Shown piece by piece: positions 15,648 to 24,343 of a stretch of DNA of 31,381 nucleotides (its first letter is position 1; every line of letters starts with the position of its first letter). Origin of the DNA: a virus (Duplodnaviria > Caudoviricetes); IMG/VR virus record IMGVR_UViG_3300046000_001751, positions 1-31,381 of that record; one strand, given 5' to 3'. The translations under genes and the position numbers were made by a program. The notes beneath the pieces were generated by a model. It ran no database searches. It was not told the DNA's origin and was given only the letters and a program-made list of their open reading frames with translations.

Positions 15648-15801
15648 CTAGTGCAACCTTGTTGACTGCATAGACTTGCACGCCATCTTCTTCTTTGACC
15701 TCAACGATACCTGCTTGGATAAGTAGCGATGCAAAGGCTGCAAAGTCCTTCTCCAGTTTCTGAATGCGGTTCTTTACATACTGCATCTCTGTATTAGCCA
15801 A
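15637..15801 (-). CDS. Small coiled-coil protein
   Basis: TTG start after GGAGGG, then ANTEMQYVKNRIQKLEKDF. Confidence 0.65.
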   Translation of the reverse strand: MANTEMQYVKNRIQKLEKDFAAFASLLIQAGIVEVKEEDGVQVYAVNKVALDGK

Positions 15802-16645
15802 CGTTGTACCCTCCCTGGTATCCAGCCATTGCATCCTTGCGATACATCCAGCCATATTCATCTTGGTCACCGATCTGACACGCTGCATAGTTTACTAGCA
15901 GTTGTGCATAATCGGAGGCATCTGCTGTGTGTGGACCAAAACGATTCTTAACAGCTGCAACAGATAGTGTTGCTTGGTTGGGATCGTAGCCCAGTGTAAG
16001 TATCAGTGCAGGTAACTGACTGACCTTTCCGTGAATAGACCTACGTGCAGGTGGCTTGGTCGTTGACCCGTACTCTGATTGCTCAGAGACGTGGTGCAAT
16101 ACCATTACACAGGCTTCAGTCTTGCGTGCCATATCGTGCAACTCCATCATAATTGCACGCAGTCCTGACCATTCATTGTCTGTCTCTGCTGCCACGTTCA
16201 TTAGGTTATCTATGATGATGAGTTCAGGTGCCTCGCCGTAGAGTTCTACGTAAGCCCTGATCTCCAGTTCAAGATCATCTATTGTTGGTGACGAATCAAA
16301 GACCCACTTGATGTGGTCAATCTTCTGGAAGTGATGGTCGTAGTAGTGGCTATCACTAGCCAAGTTAGCCTCAACAGTTATCTGTGAGTGGCCTGATGTA
16401 TGCGAAGCTGCTCGCATCATCACAGTAGTAGTGTCAGTATCAGCTGAGAAGAACAGTGTAGGCACCTTTGCTTTGATTGCATAGATCAATGCGAACATTG
16501 ACTTACCAGCATTAGGAGCGGCAGCAACCATACATACCTGCCCACGCCTGAACTTAATCTGTTTGGCTGCCAAGCCAACCCATACGTCAGGCAGTGGTGT
16601 TGCTTTGGTAAGCACACCGCCCCACGCACGGGATAGATTAAGCAA
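15794..16645 (-). CDS. DnaB-like (SF4) helicase
   Basis: Walker A AAPNAGKS, IIIDNL Walker B, VLHH, VKNRFG. Confidence 0.88.
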   Translation of the reverse strand: MLNLSRAWGGVLTKATPLPDVWVGLAAKQIKFRRGQVCMVAAAPNAGKSMFALIYAIKAKVPTLFFSADTDTTTVMMRAASHTSGHSQITVEANLASDSHYYDHHFQKIDHIKWVFDSSPTIDDLELEIRAYVELYGEAPELIIIDNLMNVAAETDNEWSGLRAIMMELHDMARKTEACVMVLHHVSEQSEYGSTTKPPARRSIHGKVSQLPALILTLGYDPNQATLSVAAVKNRFGPHTADASDYAQLLVNYAACQIGDQDEYGWMYRKDAMAGYQGGYNVG

Positions 16646-16901
16646 CGTCTTCCTCCTCGTTAACTCTGATACCTCTTTGACGACGGATAAGTCTGCGGTC
16701 CATATCAGTTAGACCGCCCCAGATACCGAAGTTTTCTTTGTGGATACCCCACTCACCACAATCTATTTTGTGGATGCAAGAAGCACAAATTGCTTTAGCA
16801 AACTGATTCTCATACTTACTGGCATCCTTCTCAGGGAACCAGAAGTCTCCACCTACTGTTGCACAACTTGGCGACTCAAATTCTTCTGGTCGCCGTAGCA
16901 T
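16638..16901 (-). CDS. whiB: WhiB-family Fe-S transcription factor
   Basis: Four Cys (C...CASC...C), WFPE, AKAIC, GIWGGL. Confidence 0.93.
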   Translation of the reverse strand: MLRRPEEFESPSCATVGGDFWFPEKDASKYENQFAKAICASCIHKIDCGEWGIHKENFGIWGGLTDMDRRLIRRQRGIRVNEEEDVA

Positions 16902-17282
16902 TTATCGAACCCAGATAGTGTCGCACTTGTCTGTTGCACCCTTTGGTGCAGCACACATATAGCCCTTCCAAGGTCCTCGCGCTGACGTTCCTTCACGCAG
17001 TGCCATCACACCGTGACGGCAAGTATTGCCACCGCCTGCTGGTGCAGCTGGTGCTGCTACTGGTGTACCACCAAATGCCTGAGCAACTGATGCAACTGTT
17101 GGTGCTGCAACTGGTGCTGCTCCACCTGATAGTTCAAGTCCTGTTGCACGGATGTTCATTGCATTCATAGCAAGGTCTGCAAGACCTGACTCTAGCTCTG
17201 TTACTGATCCTGCATAAAGATTGATAAGTGTTCCATCATTTAACTTGTAATTGATCTGGAACTTTGTACCTTCTGTAGCCAT
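16902..17282 (-). CDS. Replication-module protein with Ala/Pro linker and C-terminal Zn module
   Basis: Start MATEGTKF with GGAGG SD. CRHG...WKGYMC...C at the C-terminus. Confidence 0.75.
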   Translation of the reverse strand: MATEGTKFQINYKLNDGTLINLYAGSVTELESGLADLAMNAMNIRATGLELSGGAAPVAAPTVASVAQAFGGTPVAAPAAPAGGGNTCRHGVMALREGTSARGPWKGYMCAAPKGATDKCDTIWVR

Positions 17283-17283
17283 A

Positions 17284-18231
17284 TTACTTGCCTCCACTTT
17301 GCTTAATTGATAGTCGCTGGCTTTCAGCGCCCACCTTCTTGGGTACAAACCCAAGTAGTTTTTCTACCTCGCTACTGTCAACTGACTCTCGTCCCTTAAC
17401 AGTTGTCCAACTTACTTCGATACCGCTAGGTGTAACACCGAGCAGTCCTTCAAAGCTGGCCTTGAGTGAGTCTTGTTGTTTCTCAAGATCTTTAATCTGT
17501 GCTGCTAACTGTAAGTACAGCAGTGCATTCTTGTCAACATCAACGTCATCAATGATTATATCACTGACTAACGTAAGTTCTTTTTTTAGACCAACGCATC
17601 CCATCTGCCCACTTGCGTCATAGAACTTGCAGTAATGCTGACAGTAACTTGCATCCTTCTCAGGTGCTGGTGCCTCTTTACTTTCCTTAACAGCCGCTAG
17701 CCAACCGAGTGCTTCTAGTGCAATGGACTCATCGTAGTCTTCGGTGTGAACCTTGACATCGCGTTCGTCCCCGTCCCTGGCAATTGCTACCAGTGACACT
17801 CGGTTGACCGCATAGCCGTTATTTGCTAGGAGGTAGCCATAAAGCTGTACCTGCCACCGTTGTTGCAATGATGGGAAGTAAGAAAGGTTCCGGACCTTGC
17901 TTGTCTTCCAGTCAATCACATCACCAGTACCAGGTACAAAGCAGTCAACGTGTGCTTTCATACCGTTGTATTCAACTTCTGTTTCAATCAAAACATCTTT
18001 GTTATCTGCTAGCGCCTTCTCAATTTCTGCGTGGATAGCAGTACCCATAATCGCAGCTAACTTTAATTCGTTGTCATTAGTTTCTGGTTGGTCGTTAAGT
18101 CTGTACCACACCTTACGACGACAGCCACCTACCTCTGATGGTCCGATCTGTACCTGAGTAGATCGTGAACGCTTAGCATCACCTGCCTTAAGAGCAGTCA
18201 GTAGCAGTTCTTTCGGTTCAGTTACTGACAT
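17284..18231 (-). CDS. Cas4/RecB-like PD-(D/E)XK exonuclease
   Basis: IGPSEVGGCRR, GTAIH, IDWKT, QVQLYG, Cys cluster CQHYC...C. Confidence 0.88.
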   Translation of the reverse strand: MSVTEPKELLLTALKAGDAKRSRSTQVQIGPSEVGGCRRKVWYRLNDQPETNDNELKLAAIMGTAIHAEIEKALADNKDVLIETEVEYNGMKAHVDCFVPGTGDVIDWKTSKVRNLSYFPSLQQRWQVQLYGYLLANNGYAVNRVSLVAIARDGDERDVKVHTEDYDESIALEALGWLAAVKESKEAPAPEKDASYCQHYCKFYDASGQMGCVGLKKELTLVSDIIIDDVDVDKNALLYLQLAAQIKDLEKQQDSLKASFEGLLGVTPSGIEVSWTTVKGRESVDSSEVEKLLGFVPKKVGAESQRLSIKQSGGK

Positions 18232-18340
18232 TGGTTTTCTCTTCCTCTAGTTTGTATGCTAGACGACAAGCCATCCAACCCATTTGATAAAAGTAATGAG
18301 CAGCGTATTCATCTGTCATTGGTATTGTCTTCAGTTCCAT
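18218..18340 (-). CDS. Microprotein (40 aa)
   Basis: MELKTIPMTDEYAAHYFYQMGWMACRLAY..., AGGAGGAG SD. Confidence 0.7.
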   Translation of the reverse strand: MELKTIPMTDEYAAHYFYQMGWMACRLAYKLEEEKTNVSN

Positions 18341-18348
18341 AACTCCTC

Positions 18349-18906
18349 CTAGAGTCTTTCTTGTACTACTAACTGTAAAGGCTTACCAGTGTTAGCGTCA
18401 AGTACCGAAGCAATCTCAACAGCTTTACGGGCGTGTCTCTTTGCGTAGGCTAACTCCATATCAGGCTTAATGATTGAAGCAAGATAGCCAAGAGCAAACT
18501 GACCTCCACTACCAATGCCGTACGTTCCGACATCGCTTTGGAAAAAAGAGAGATCGCAAGCAACCCGAAAGATATTACCGTTAAAAGCAATGAGATAATC
18601 AAAACCGTCATCTTTATCCACCTTGTTGTAGTCGTAGTTGTTGTCGTTAAAAGCTGTGTTAATACTGGGGATTACTTTTTTTCCCATAAACTGGACTGGG
18701 TCGTCACCTCTATAGGTCGGTGGCTTCCAGTTGTAGGAAAGGATGTCACCTGGTCTGGTATCACCTGAGATACCCACGAGGAACTTACCTACCTCTACGA
18801 TCTTGGGCGTAGTTATGGCAAGAGTCACGAGATTGTCTTCTGTGATCTGCGAGTCTGCAACTAGCACAGCGTAATCAATACCTTGGATACCTGCGATAGT
18901 TGTCAT
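18349..18906 (-). CDS. HslV/proteasome-beta-like Ntn hydrolase
   Basis: N-terminal MTTI, ADSQIT, KI, GISG, GIGSGGQFALG, D-x-NTG. Confidence 0.85.
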   Translation of the reverse strand: MTTIAGIQGIDYAVLVADSQITEDNLVTLAITTPKIVEVGKFLVGISGDTRPGDILSYNWKPPTYRGDDPVQFMGKKVIPSINTAFNDNNYDYNKVDKDDGFDYLIAFNGNIFRVACDLSFFQSDVGTYGIGSGGQFALGYLASIIKPDMELAYAKRHARKAVEIASVLDANTGKPLQLVVQERL

Positions 18907-18912
18907 AGCTGC

Positions 18913-18968
18913 ATCCTATCATTACTACGGTGTGTCGCACCTGCGACACTATTGGCTGTCGCTACAAT
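18913..18968. promoter_or_regulatory. Bidirectional leaderless promoter with palindromic GACAC sites
   Basis: GTGTCGCA-CC-TGCGACAC. On each strand GACAC lies 13 nt before a -10 (TAGGAT on -, TACAAT on +). Confidence 0.7.
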
Positions 18969-18975
18969 ATGAGCC

Positions 18976-19275
18976 GTGAGGCGAATTAAACAGCAACGGC
19001 GACCCTTAGAGGGTCGCGGTAGCAACGGTACAGTCTACCGCCTGCTCCGTCTACTCACCCTGCAATCCTTACGTCACCGCCACGATAGCCTTCCTGAGCC
19101 TTTTGGCAGCGATTTAAGGGCCTTTGGCCCTATCCACGTCTGTCCGTGTGGGTCCCAAGTCTTCAACGTTATGTGCAGCTTTGATGACTACGAGCTGGTC
19201 TGGTACTTCCTTGATGCTACCTGTGTTAACTGTGGCAATATCGTTACAGTTCCCTGCCCTGTAGACAAAGAATAA
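18976..19275 (+). CDS. Zn-finger protein
   Basis: HVCPCGS...CVNCG...PCP. Start uncertain. Confidence 0.7.
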   Translation: MRRIKQQRRPLEGRGSNGTVYRLLRLLTLQSLRHRHDSLPEPFGSDLRAFGPIHVCPCGSQVFNVMCSFDDYELVWYFLDATCVNCGNIVTVPCPVDKE

Positions 19276-19283
19276 AACGGCAT

Positions 19284-19338
19284 AAAAAAAGAAGCCCCCA
19301 CTCCCAGTTAAGGGAGCAGGGGCTGTGTAGTGCCTCGC
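19284..19338 (-). ncRNA. Candidate CGAGGCA sRNA 2, ending in the late-operon terminator
   Basis: TATAGT (19345-50), attact, G-CGAGGCA, GC-rich hairpin 19294-19323, then T7. Confidence 0.55.
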
Positions 19339-19356
19339 AGTAATACTATAGAAGGA

Positions 19357-19569
19357 TTAAACTTCCTTGTCTAGTACTCTTCCAAACTCTGCTTCTGTCT
19401 TGTCTGCCCACTTGATGGCAGGGGCAGCGACAGCGCCTAGTAAGACTGCGTATTGTGGCGCTAGGTCTGTTAGTAGTGCAATACCCATAGCAACTGCAGC
19501 ACCTGCAATAGCACGTAGGTATGACTTAGCGATTGACTTGTGCTTCTTAGTTAGTTTTAGTTTCATCAT
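19357..19569 (-). CDS. Holin-like membrane protein
   Basis: Basic N-terminus, two hydrophobic segments, follows the endolysin. Confidence 0.65.
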   Translation of the reverse strand: MMKLKLTKKHKSIAKSYLRAIAGAAVAMGIALLTDLAPQYAVLLGAVAAPAIKWADKTEAEFGRVLDKEV

Positions 19570-20033
19570 TTCACTTTCTTCTTAGGGAGTGGCTTTAGTT
19601 TATTGGCTGCTAACCTGGCTTGGTCAGCAGTTGTATACTTTGGTTTGTCTAGCCAGGCAAACCACGGGGAAGTATCGTTGCCACACTTGTCGTTGATTGA
19701 TATATGGATGTGCTTTGTATGCGGGTTAGAACCTGTGTAAACATCAACACCCTTTTCTGGTGTCCAGATTCTGTAGTTAAATATTAAATACTTTACTCGT
19801 GGATCCTTTTGTAACTTCTGGAAGATTAAGTAGCAATCAATCCCATTGGCTTTGTCGTGCGTTAAATCAACAGCAAAGCCTGTGTTGTGGTCAGAGTTGG
19901 GATTCTGACGGATATGCGCTTTGGATGGCAGGAGTCCATCGGATGCTTTCATACGAGATGGAGCTATCGCTGTGGCCTGGCGCAGTACAGCAATAGCGGC
20001 AGGAGTGGCTTTCTTGGCAACAGGTTTCATCAT
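19566..20033 (-). CDS. Endolysin, M15-like Zn peptidase
   Basis: SDHNTGFAVD and HTKHIHIS metal-ligand motifs. Confidence 0.7.
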   Translation of the reverse strand: MMKPVAKKATPAAIAVLRQATAIAPSRMKASDGLLPSKAHIRQNPNSDHNTGFAVDLTHDKANGIDCYLIFQKLQKDPRVKYLIFNYRIWTPEKGVDVYTGSNPHTKHIHISINDKCGNDTSPWFAWLDKPKYTTADQARLAANKLKPLPKKKVK

Positions 20034-20036
20034 TAC

Positions 20037-20231
20037 TCATTTCTCTGCAACCAATCGGTACAGGTCATCTATGCGTTCTTCTAATCTCTTGACTGAATCC
20101 TTCAGGCTTGAACCACCATTAGGCTTAAGTTCATTCAGGTAGTGCTTTACTAGCCAGCGAATAGCTGCTGTAAATCCACCAATAATTGTCATTACTGCAA
20201 CGGCTACTGTTGCGTAATCTTGTGCCTGCAT
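20037..20231 (-). CDS. Lysis-cassette membrane protein
   Basis: One TM segment, ELKPNGGSSLKD, coiled coil. Confidence 0.7.
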   Translation of the reverse strand: MQAQDYATVAVAVMTIIGGFTAAIRWLVKHYLNELKPNGGSSLKDSVKRLEERIDDLYRLVAEK

Positions 20232-22438
20232 TAAACGCTCCGGATGGTTACTAAGAGCAATCCGCCATAGCCGGAGAATCGCTTATCGGTTGGGGTACGG
20301 TTGATGAAATCCATCTCTTCAATCAGGCCGATGTAGTTCTCACCTGTTCTGAAGTCTTCGATACGGATTGTGTCACCAACATTTTCTACTGCTTCAAGCT
20401 GTGACATACGGGCAAATGCTGAGCCTTCGTAGCCAACCTCATTGTTAAACTTATCCATCTCGTGGTCATAGCACATCACTGGATATTGGATAAGGCGCTG
20501 ACGTGGGATAGCAGGTAATGCTTTGATCTGGTATCCAGTAAACAGCGGTCCTTGTGTTGCATCGTTTGTATCACGGTGCATAGTAAAGATAAAGCCGAGG
20601 TACTCTTGAGCACCTACTGGGTAGTTAACGTTGACCTCTGGCACGGTCTGACCTTGTGCAAAGGTACCGATGTCGTAGGTTCCACCTTCTGCTGTAACAG
20701 ACTGCATATCAAAGCCACCGTGTGCTGTGTTGATACGTGCGTTAATCAGCTTGAAGATCTTGCCCTCAAGGGTGTTGTAGCGTACAAAGCCTGTACGCAA
20801 GTAACCTTCTGCAATTAAGTCTGTTGCAGATTCTACGTAGATAGTTCCATCTGCGCCGTTGCCTGCATTACAAAATGCTAGGCGGTTGGTATCTCCCATA
20901 AAGGCAGATGCTGTTGTGTGGTGGCCTAGCGTATCTGCTGGGTCATACAAGTCCCAAGCGTAGGCAAAGATTAACTGGCCGATCTCTTGGCCTAGGTTGA
21001 TACGAGTGACACCTGCTTGTCCGTCAACACCTGTTGCACACCAGATGAACTTATCTCTAAATGCAAAGTCATAGACTGGTTGCTCTGTTTCAAAGATCAG
21101 TGGACCGTAGGCAATAGAGCCATCAGTATCTGATACCTGAGCGATACGTACACCTTGGTTGGTACCGATGCACATATAGCCTAGGTAGTAGGAGATCTTA
21201 AATGTTGTCTCACCTACTGGCAGTTCAGCTGCTGTAATTGCCTGACTGAGCGTAGGCATTGCACCTGATGTATCAAGTGTAAACTTGTAGATGTTTGACT
21301 GGATACCTGCATAACCTGCTACATAGATAGCAGCACCGCTAGATGTGATGCTAGTAAAGATGTGGTCTGGGTCATTGTGTGAATAGACCGCTGTTGGCAT
21401 AGCAGTTGCAGTAGTTGCAAACTCATAGATTTTGTCATTAACACACATCACGATACGCTCTTTGGTGTACTCCATAACAGCGTTGGTTACGGTAATACCG
21501 TTATCGCTAAACATCAGCGTAGGTGATACAGAAGCATCATCAGATAGCAGCTTCTTGTACACTCTCAGGCGTGGGGTACCGCTTGCTAGTACGTTAGTTA
21601 CCCAGAAGGCATAGACACCGTCATCACAGATTGCGTGTACTGGATAGTCTGTACCTGAGATGTAATCTATGAAGTGGATAACCTCAGCCACACCTGTACC
21701 TGCTGGGCTAACAGGTGTAGATGTTACGTTGCTAGCTGTCTTGGCATAGGTAAAGGTTGTAGTGGTAGGTACAGATGTAATGCGGTACTCACCATTAAAG
21801 GTTGCATCCACACCTGAAATAACAATCTGCATACCAATACACAAGCCGTGTACTGCACTTGTTGTCAGCGTTGCAACGTTAGAAGTTAGTGCCTTATTGG
21901 TAATAGATACAGTGATCTTTGGGAACACCTTGTCTACGTCATACTCATCAGATAGCAAGATACCGTTATAGGTAATGCTGCTCTTATCCCATTGGATAGA
22001 ACGGGCATACTGCCACGGACGACCATTGGTTTGAATGCCACCAGTTACTGTGTGTTGGCTGTCTACAGACTTGAGCAAGGTAGCTTGACCTCTAGTCCAG
22101 ACATCTACACCCTTTGAGTTGGTGTACTGAAAGCGAAGCGACTCATCCTGGATTGGTTCAAAGAACTTGATGCCTTGTCCAAAGTGAAATGATGACTGGC
22201 TACGTAGCCACCAACCGGTAAGCGTCTGCTCACCAGGCTCACGGCTCTGGTCAATCTGTTGCTTACGATACTGCGCTGTTACGCGACGATATGGTGAATC
22301 GTCCAGTGGACTAATAAAGAACGGCAGACCTGCTATTGCTATATCGTATGCGTAACCTGTTGCTGTGTAGGCTGTGCTACCAGCTGGGTTGGATAAGACA
22401 AAGGGCAGTCCTTCGGTGATGTCATCGCCATAAGGCAT
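20231..22438 (-). CDS. Large beta-rich tail protein (nozzle/stabilisation-like)
   Basis: 735 aa, beta-rich, last structural gene before lysis. Role inferred. Confidence 0.6.
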   Translation of the reverse strand: MPYGDDITEGLPFVLSNPAGSTAYTATGYAYDIAIAGLPFFISPLDDSPYRRVTAQYRKQQIDQSREPGEQTLTGWWLRSQSSFHFGQGIKFFEPIQDESLRFQYTNSKGVDVWTRGQATLLKSVDSQHTVTGGIQTNGRPWQYARSIQWDKSSITYNGILLSDEYDVDKVFPKITVSITNKALTSNVATLTTSAVHGLCIGMQIVISGVDATFNGEYRITSVPTTTTFTYAKTASNVTSTPVSPAGTGVAEVIHFIDYISGTDYPVHAICDDGVYAFWVTNVLASGTPRLRVYKKLLSDDASVSPTLMFSDNGITVTNAVMEYTKERIVMCVNDKIYEFATTATAMPTAVYSHNDPDHIFTSITSSGAAIYVAGYAGIQSNIYKFTLDTSGAMPTLSQAITAAELPVGETTFKISYYLGYMCIGTNQGVRIAQVSDTDGSIAYGPLIFETEQPVYDFAFRDKFIWCATGVDGQAGVTRINLGQEIGQLIFAYAWDLYDPADTLGHHTTASAFMGDTNRLAFCNAGNGADGTIYVESATDLIAEGYLRTGFVRYNTLEGKIFKLINARINTAHGGFDMQSVTAEGGTYDIGTFAQGQTVPEVNVNYPVGAQEYLGFIFTMHRDTNDATQGPLFTGYQIKALPAIPRQRLIQYPVMCYDHEMDKFNNEVGYEGSAFARMSQLEAVENVGDTIRIEDFRTGENYIGLIEEMDFINRTPTDKRFSGYGGLLLVTIRSV

Positions 22439-22448
22439 TAAAGTATCC

Positions 22449-22673
22449 TTACGCTAGTAGGAGCTTGGCTTCGTCTTCTGTAATTCCTAGTTTGGCTAGT
22501 AGTGCAGCCTTAGCCTCTGCTGCAGCCTGAGCGGCAACTTCCTCTTCGTGTGCCTTTGCTGCTGCAGCCTGAGCATCTGCTTCGCGCTGTGCTAGTTCCT
22601 CGCCTGTCAATGGGATCTCGGCTACTACGCCAGTCTCACAGTTAACGACGATCTTTGTTAGTGTCTCTGACAT
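22449..22673 (-). CDS. Tail-fibre-associated small protein
   Basis: Ala-rich helix ending LLAKLGITEDEAKLLL. Confidence 0.7.
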   Translation of the reverse strand: MSETLTKIVVNCETGVVAEIPLTGEELAQREADAQAAAAKAHEEEVAAQAAAEAKAALLAKLGITEDEAKLLLA

Positions 22674-22963
22674 TAGTTTATCTCCTTGATTGTATGGTCT
22701 TCGTTATTGCAAATCCAAAGGCAGGTTGCCTCATCTAGTACTGCTTCATCGTGGCACTTAGGCGGAATGAACGCATCAAACCCTGGGTCGTATGCGTATC
22801 CAATGCCAGCATAGTTCTTGCGAATGTTGCCGTTGTAACTTGTCTTGACCCAAGTACCGCCAAGTGCGTTAAAGAAGGCTTCGCCTTCATCTCCATAGTT
22901 AGGTCCTACTAGAACCTGTGTGACGATATTGTTCTCGTCTATTTGCGCCCAATGTGACATCAT
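22673..22963 (-). CDS. Tail-fibre-associated (chaperone-like) protein
   Basis: MSHWAQIDENNIV...WVKTSYN...RKNYAGIGY...DAFIPPK. Confidence 0.7.
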   Translation of the reverse strand: MMSHWAQIDENNIVTQVLVGPNYGDEGEAFFNALGGTWVKTSYNGNIRKNYAGIGYAYDPGFDAFIPPKCHDEAVLDEATCLWICNNEDHTIKEIN

Positions 22964-22969
22964 TTCTCC

Positions 22970-24343
22970 TTAAACCGCGTACCGAACAATGACAATACCT
23001 GAACCGCCTGAACCGCCAGCAGGAACACCTGTATTGGGTTCGTATGTACCACCGCCACCGCCACCACCAGTATTTGCAGTTCCGCTTACTCCTGCTGCTT
23101 GTAAACCACCAGCGCCACCGCCGCCATTACCACCAGTACCAACAGAACTAGATGTATTTCTAGTACCACCACCACCACCACCTGCAAACCAATATGTGCC
23201 ACTTACATTTTGACCAGTACCAGTAACACTTCCCCAAGATGAAAATGCAGAAGAACCTGCTCCACCGTTACCGCCTGTGGTTCCATTTCCTGCGGCAGCA
23301 CCAACTGCTGTTGCACCACCACCACCACCAGTAGATTCATTGCCACCAGTTTTTCCACCAGCACCACCAGCATAACCTTCAACTGGTGAATAAGAGCCTG
23401 AGTTACCAGCACCACCTGCTGCAAATGCTAATGAGCCACCACCACCAGAACCGCCAGAATAACCCGCACCACTATTATTTGGCCAAGTATTTCCTTGTCC
23501 ACCACCTGATGCAGATAATGAGTTAAATGAACTATTGGAACCTGCACCTGCAACTGTACTTCCACTTCCAGCACCACCTGCTCCAACGGTTACTGTATAT
23601 CCAGTACCACTTGCAAGTGATTGAGAAGTTGCTGATCGTAAACCGCCAGCACCTCCGCCACCGCCGTAATAACCTGATGAACCGCCGCCACCCGCAACAA
23701 CTAGATAGTCACAAGATAATCCCTTTGCAGGGGTAAATGTTCCTGATGATCTAAATGCGTGGTACCAGTAAGTACCGTCAGTCATAATGGTATCGCCACC
23801 TGTTGCGTATGGCACGATTGCTGGGGTTGTACCTAACTTTGCTACGCCGTAGAGGTAGAAGGTTGAGTATTGAACAAATGGATTTGAATTTGGTGTTATT
23901 GAAATTGATGTAATTGCAGCAGTGCTATTCCAAACACCCGCCCCTAACAGCGCTAATGCCGTCGTTGCGTTATTTTCAGTTACTCCATCAACTGATACGG
24001 ATTTGTAATTTGCGCTTGTGTAATTTGAAATATAAATTTCAGCGTTGCCAAATGTACTTGCTGTAGCAGTACCACCGTTAATAAAAAAATCAATGTTTGT
24101 GTATGTGCCACCGTAGGAACCAGCAGTTGCTCCGTCTCCGTAAAGGTTCTTTCTTGCATAATTACTTCCACTGTCGCCGTTAAATCGCATAAGAGCACTA
24201 TCTTCAAGATAGCCACGAGTTGTTCTTGCGCTCATCTTCACAACCAAATCAGTATAGCCAGTTTGTGGGATACCTGAAAAAGTTACAGAAGATGCCCCCG
24301 CTGCGCCGACGGTGATTTTTTCTAAGAGGACATAGCTAGGCAT
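22970..24343 (-). CDS. Glycine-rich tail fibre/receptor-binding protein
   Basis: N-terminal beta-sandwich-like domain, then YLVVAGGG...GGSGIVIVRY Gly-rich domain. Confidence 0.75.
   Translation of the reverse strand: MPSYVLLEKITVGAAGASSVTFSGIPQTGYTDLVVKMSARTTRGYLEDSALMRFNGDSGSNYARKNLYGDGATAGSYGGTYTNIDFFINGGTATASTFGNAEIYISNYTSANYKSVSVDGVTENNATTALALLGAGVWNSTAAITSISITPNSNPFVQYSTFYLYGVAKLGTTPAIVPYATGGDTIMTDGTYWYHAFRSSGTFTPAKGLSCDYLVVAGGGGSSGYYGGGGGAGGLRSATSQSLASGTGYTVTVGAGGAGSGSTVAGAGSNSSFNSLSASGGGQGNTWPNNSGAGYSGGSGGGGSLAFAAGGAGNSGSYSPVEGYAGGAGGKTGGNESTGGGGGATAVGAAAGNGTTGGNGGAGSSAFSSWGSVTGTGQNVSGTYWFAGGGGGGTRNTSSSVGTGGNGGGGAGGLQAAGVSGTANTGGGGGGGTYEPNTGVPAGGSGGSGIVIVRYAV

Noticed and set aside
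17284-18231. Cas4-like gene as a sign of CRISPR-Cas
   Set aside because: No repeat-spacer array or other cas genes seen. Solo Cas4-like nucleases are common in phage replication modules.
18614-18622. TTATCCACC near-DnaA box
   Set aside because: One mismatch, isolated, and inside coding sequence.
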